Shown here: positions 62,122 to 64,000 of the stretch, piece after piece
How positions within the stretch are numbered: position 1 is the first letter of the stretch
Layout of the letters: each line of letters opens with the position of its first letter
Source: Acutalibacteraceae bacterium
GTDB taxonomy: Bacteria; Bacillota_I; Bacilli_A; RFN20; CAG-449
Assembly (NCBI GenBank): GCA_963610315.1
Contig: CAVDMV010000001.1
Span: 77,441 to 141,440 of the forward strand
Direction of reading: 5' to 3'
Length of the DNA: 64,000 bases
Position numbers and translations under genes: made by a program
Notes under the pieces: model-generated
Seen by the model: only the letters and a program-made list of their open reading frames with translations
Told to the model about the DNA's origin: nothing
Databases searched by the model: none

Positions 62122-63092
62122 TAAATTAAATCTTCTAAATCTTTAATTAAAGAAGGTAATTCATCCATTGATTTAAGTGTCGCACCTGATGCGTTTTTAT
62201 GTCCACCTCCGCGATAAGAAGAACAAACTCCAGAAATATCAATTTCTTTAGATCTAACTGATACTCTAAATTCTTGTTTTTCACTTATTTCAGTAACACA
62301 GAACCAAATAGGTACATTACGGATATTAGACATTAAAGAAAGATGTTCTTTACCTCTTTCATTATCAATTCCTAAAGCATCTAAATCTTCTTGCATTAAG
62401 GTATAATAAGCCACCCCTTTAGGAGTAAATGTCATATTATTTAAAACATATTTTTGGAATTTTAATGATTCAACATCTTTTTCATAAAGTGGTAAATATA
62501 CTTCTTTATTTGGTTTTAAATTACTGCTTAATAACATACCTGCAATATCAAATGTTTCTTTAGATGTTGAAGGGAACATGAATCGACCTGAATCAGTTAC
62601 AATCCCAGTAAAGAAATATTTACTAGCATTCTTACTTAATGGATATTTCTTCGAATTAGAATAGCAGAAATCGGCGACAAGTTCTGCGCAAGCAGCAATT
62701 TCATTCGCGACAATATTTAAATCTCCATAAGGTTCAATGTTTGGATGGTGATCAAATTTAATTTTATATGTTGCTTTTTTATATCGATCATCAGAAATTC
62801 TTTTTGTATCTCCAGTATCAACAATAATCGCTAGAAATGGTTTTTCAAACCAAGAATCATCAACTTTTTCCATAAATGGGAAGAGTTTACCAGAATAAGA
62901 TGAAGAATCTTCACCAACATAATGAACTTCTTTTGTTACAAAATTATCTCGTAACCAAGTAACTAAACCCATTTGAGTTCCAAAAGCATCTCCATCAGGT
63001 CTTTGATGACGGAAAATACAAATTCGATCAAATTCTTTAATCTTTTTTAGGGCTAATTTGAATTCTTTTTTATATATTTTATCGTAGTACAT
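62121..63092 (-). CDS. nrnA: DHH/DHHA1 bifunctional oligoribonuclease / pAp phosphatase NrnA
   Basis: RHQRPDGDAFGT and DTGDT DHH motifs, with DHHA1 GGGHKNASG; 323 aa. Confidence 0.85.
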   Translation of the reverse strand: MYYDKIYKKEFKLALKKIKEFDRICIFRHQRPDGDAFGTQMGLVTWLRDNFVTKEVHYVGEDSSSYSGKLFPFMEKVDDSWFEKPFLAIIVDTGDTKRISDDRYKKATYKIKFDHHPNIEPYGDLNIVANEIAACAELVADFCYSNSKKYPLSKNASKYFFTGIVTDSGRFMFPSTSKETFDIAGMLLSSNLKPNKEVYLPLYEKDVESLKFQKYVLNNMTFTPKGVAYYTLMQEDLDALGIDNERGKEHLSLMSNIRNVPIWFCVTEISEKQEFRVSVRSKEIDISGVCSSYRGGGHKNASGATLKSMDELPSLIKDLEDLI

Positions 63093-63101
63093 AATTCTCC
63101 T

Positions 63102-64000
63102 TTATTTTATACTTTTTAATACTTTTTCTAATTCTTCAATGAAGATATTGACTTCATCTAAGGAATTTTCATATGAGAAAGAAACTCTTATTGCATTAGT
63201 CGCTCTTTCGAGAGGATACCCCATTGCTTCAATGACGTAACTATATGGTTTCTTTTTACTTGAACAAGCAGATTTAGTAGAAACATAGATTTCTTTTAAA
63301 GATAAACCTTCTTGAACTACACTCGCTTTTTTATTGACGCTGAAATTAATGATAAATGGTGAACCATTCTTTGGTGAATTGATATTTACATTATCTAGAT
63401 GAGATAATTTTTCAAACATATAATCATGAATTTCTTTAACTTTGTTATATCTTTCGAACATATTTTCATATGCGATACGTAATGTTTTCGCTAGACTAAC
63501 TTCATAAGGAAAATTATTCGTTCCTGAACGGAAAGAAAATTCTTGTCCTCCTCCATCAATTAAAGGAACTAGATCAATATTTTTCTTTTTTAAAAGGAGT
63601 CCACTTCCTTTAAAACCATTAATTTTATGGGCTGACATCGAAACTAAATCAACGTCTTTAAATGAAACATTTACTTTTCCAATTGCTTGGGTTGCATCAG
63701 AATGGAAGATAACTTTAGGATAATCTTTTAATATTTTTGCGATATTACTAATATCATTAATTGATCCTACTTCATTATTAATCGCCATAATAGAAACAAG
63801 AATTGTATCGTCTCTTAAGGCTTTTTTTAATGTATCTAGTTCAACTACACCATCTTTATTTACGTCCAAATAAGTAACATCAAATCCATATAAATCATGC
63901 ATTTGTTTATAAACATTTAAAACAGAAGGATGTTCAACTTTAGTTGTAATAATGTGATTACCTCTATTTTTATATTTTAAGCATGTTCCTTTAATGGCTA
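63102..64000 (-). CDS. cysteine desulfurase (class V aminotransferase, NifS/IscS-like); N-terminus lies beyond the window end
   Basis: PLP-lysine motif SMSAHKINGFKGSG. The in-frame upstream translation IITTKVEHPSVLNVYKQ continues to position 64000 without a stop. Confidence 0.85.
   Translation of the reverse strand, partial: AIKGTCLKYKNRGNHIITTKVEHPSVLNVYKQMHDLYGFDVTYLDVNKDGVVELDTLKKALRDDTILVSIMAINNEVGSINDISNIAKILKDYPKVIFHSDATQAIGKVNVSFKDVDLVSMSAHKINGFKGSGLLLKKKNIDLVPLIDGGGQEFSFRSGTNNFPYEVSLAKTLRIAYENMFERYNKVKEIHDYMFEKLSHLDNVNINSPKNGSPFIINFSVNKKASVVQEGLSLKEIYVSTKSACSSKKKPYSYVIEAMGYPLERATNAIRVSFSYENSLDEVNIFIEELEKVLKSIK

Overview
This is an AT-rich (roughly 28-30% GC) bacterial chromosomal segment that uses the standard genetic code (TGG for Trp, long ORFs intact). 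It is densely packed with housekeeping genes, about two-thirds of them on the minus strand. The gene content suggests a low-GC Firmicutes or wall-less/Mollicutes-like lineage such as Erysipelotrichia or an Acholeplasma-like group: Prp-processed L27, Bacillus-type DnaB/DnaI, a DivIB-FtsA-FtsZ cluster, two Ser-rich lipoproteins, and CIRCE/HrcA control. Recognisable content in order: rel (partial) and apt; pheS and pheT; a DUF2974-type hydrolase; ftsZ, ftsA, ftsQ; mscS; recJ; secDF; ruvB and ruvA; a lipoprotein metalloprotease; obg; rpmA, prp, rplU; a 493-aa nuclease/helicase-like ATPase; dnaI and dnaB; pyk and a ROK kinase (plus strand); a T-box leader and thrS (plus strand); a lipoprotein with a leucine-rich-repeat (LRR) domain; an orphan response regulator plus histidine-phosphotransfer (Hpt) pair; a complete F1Fo ATP synthase operon (atpIBEFHAGDC); three tRNAs (Met, Ile2-like, Ser); mgtE; a trigger factor that lacks its N-terminal domain; a tight hypB / 969-aa iron-sulfur flavoprotein / hypA unit; an IspD-like nucleotidyltransferase; hrcA, grpE, dnaK, dnaJ with tandem CIRCE operators; pyrG with a Bacillus-type attenuator; rnhC; hflX; an ABC-F ATPase whose second ATP site is fully degenerate; an SDR oxidoreductase; nrnA; and a partial cysteine desulfurase. 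I found no CRISPR array, rRNA, IS element or prophage. The main candidates for something new are the hypB/FeS-flavoprotein/hypA locus, the nuclease-helicase-like ATPase next to dnaI, the degenerate-site ABC-F, the trigger factor without its ribosome-binding domain, and the response regulator/Hpt pair with no kinase nearby.
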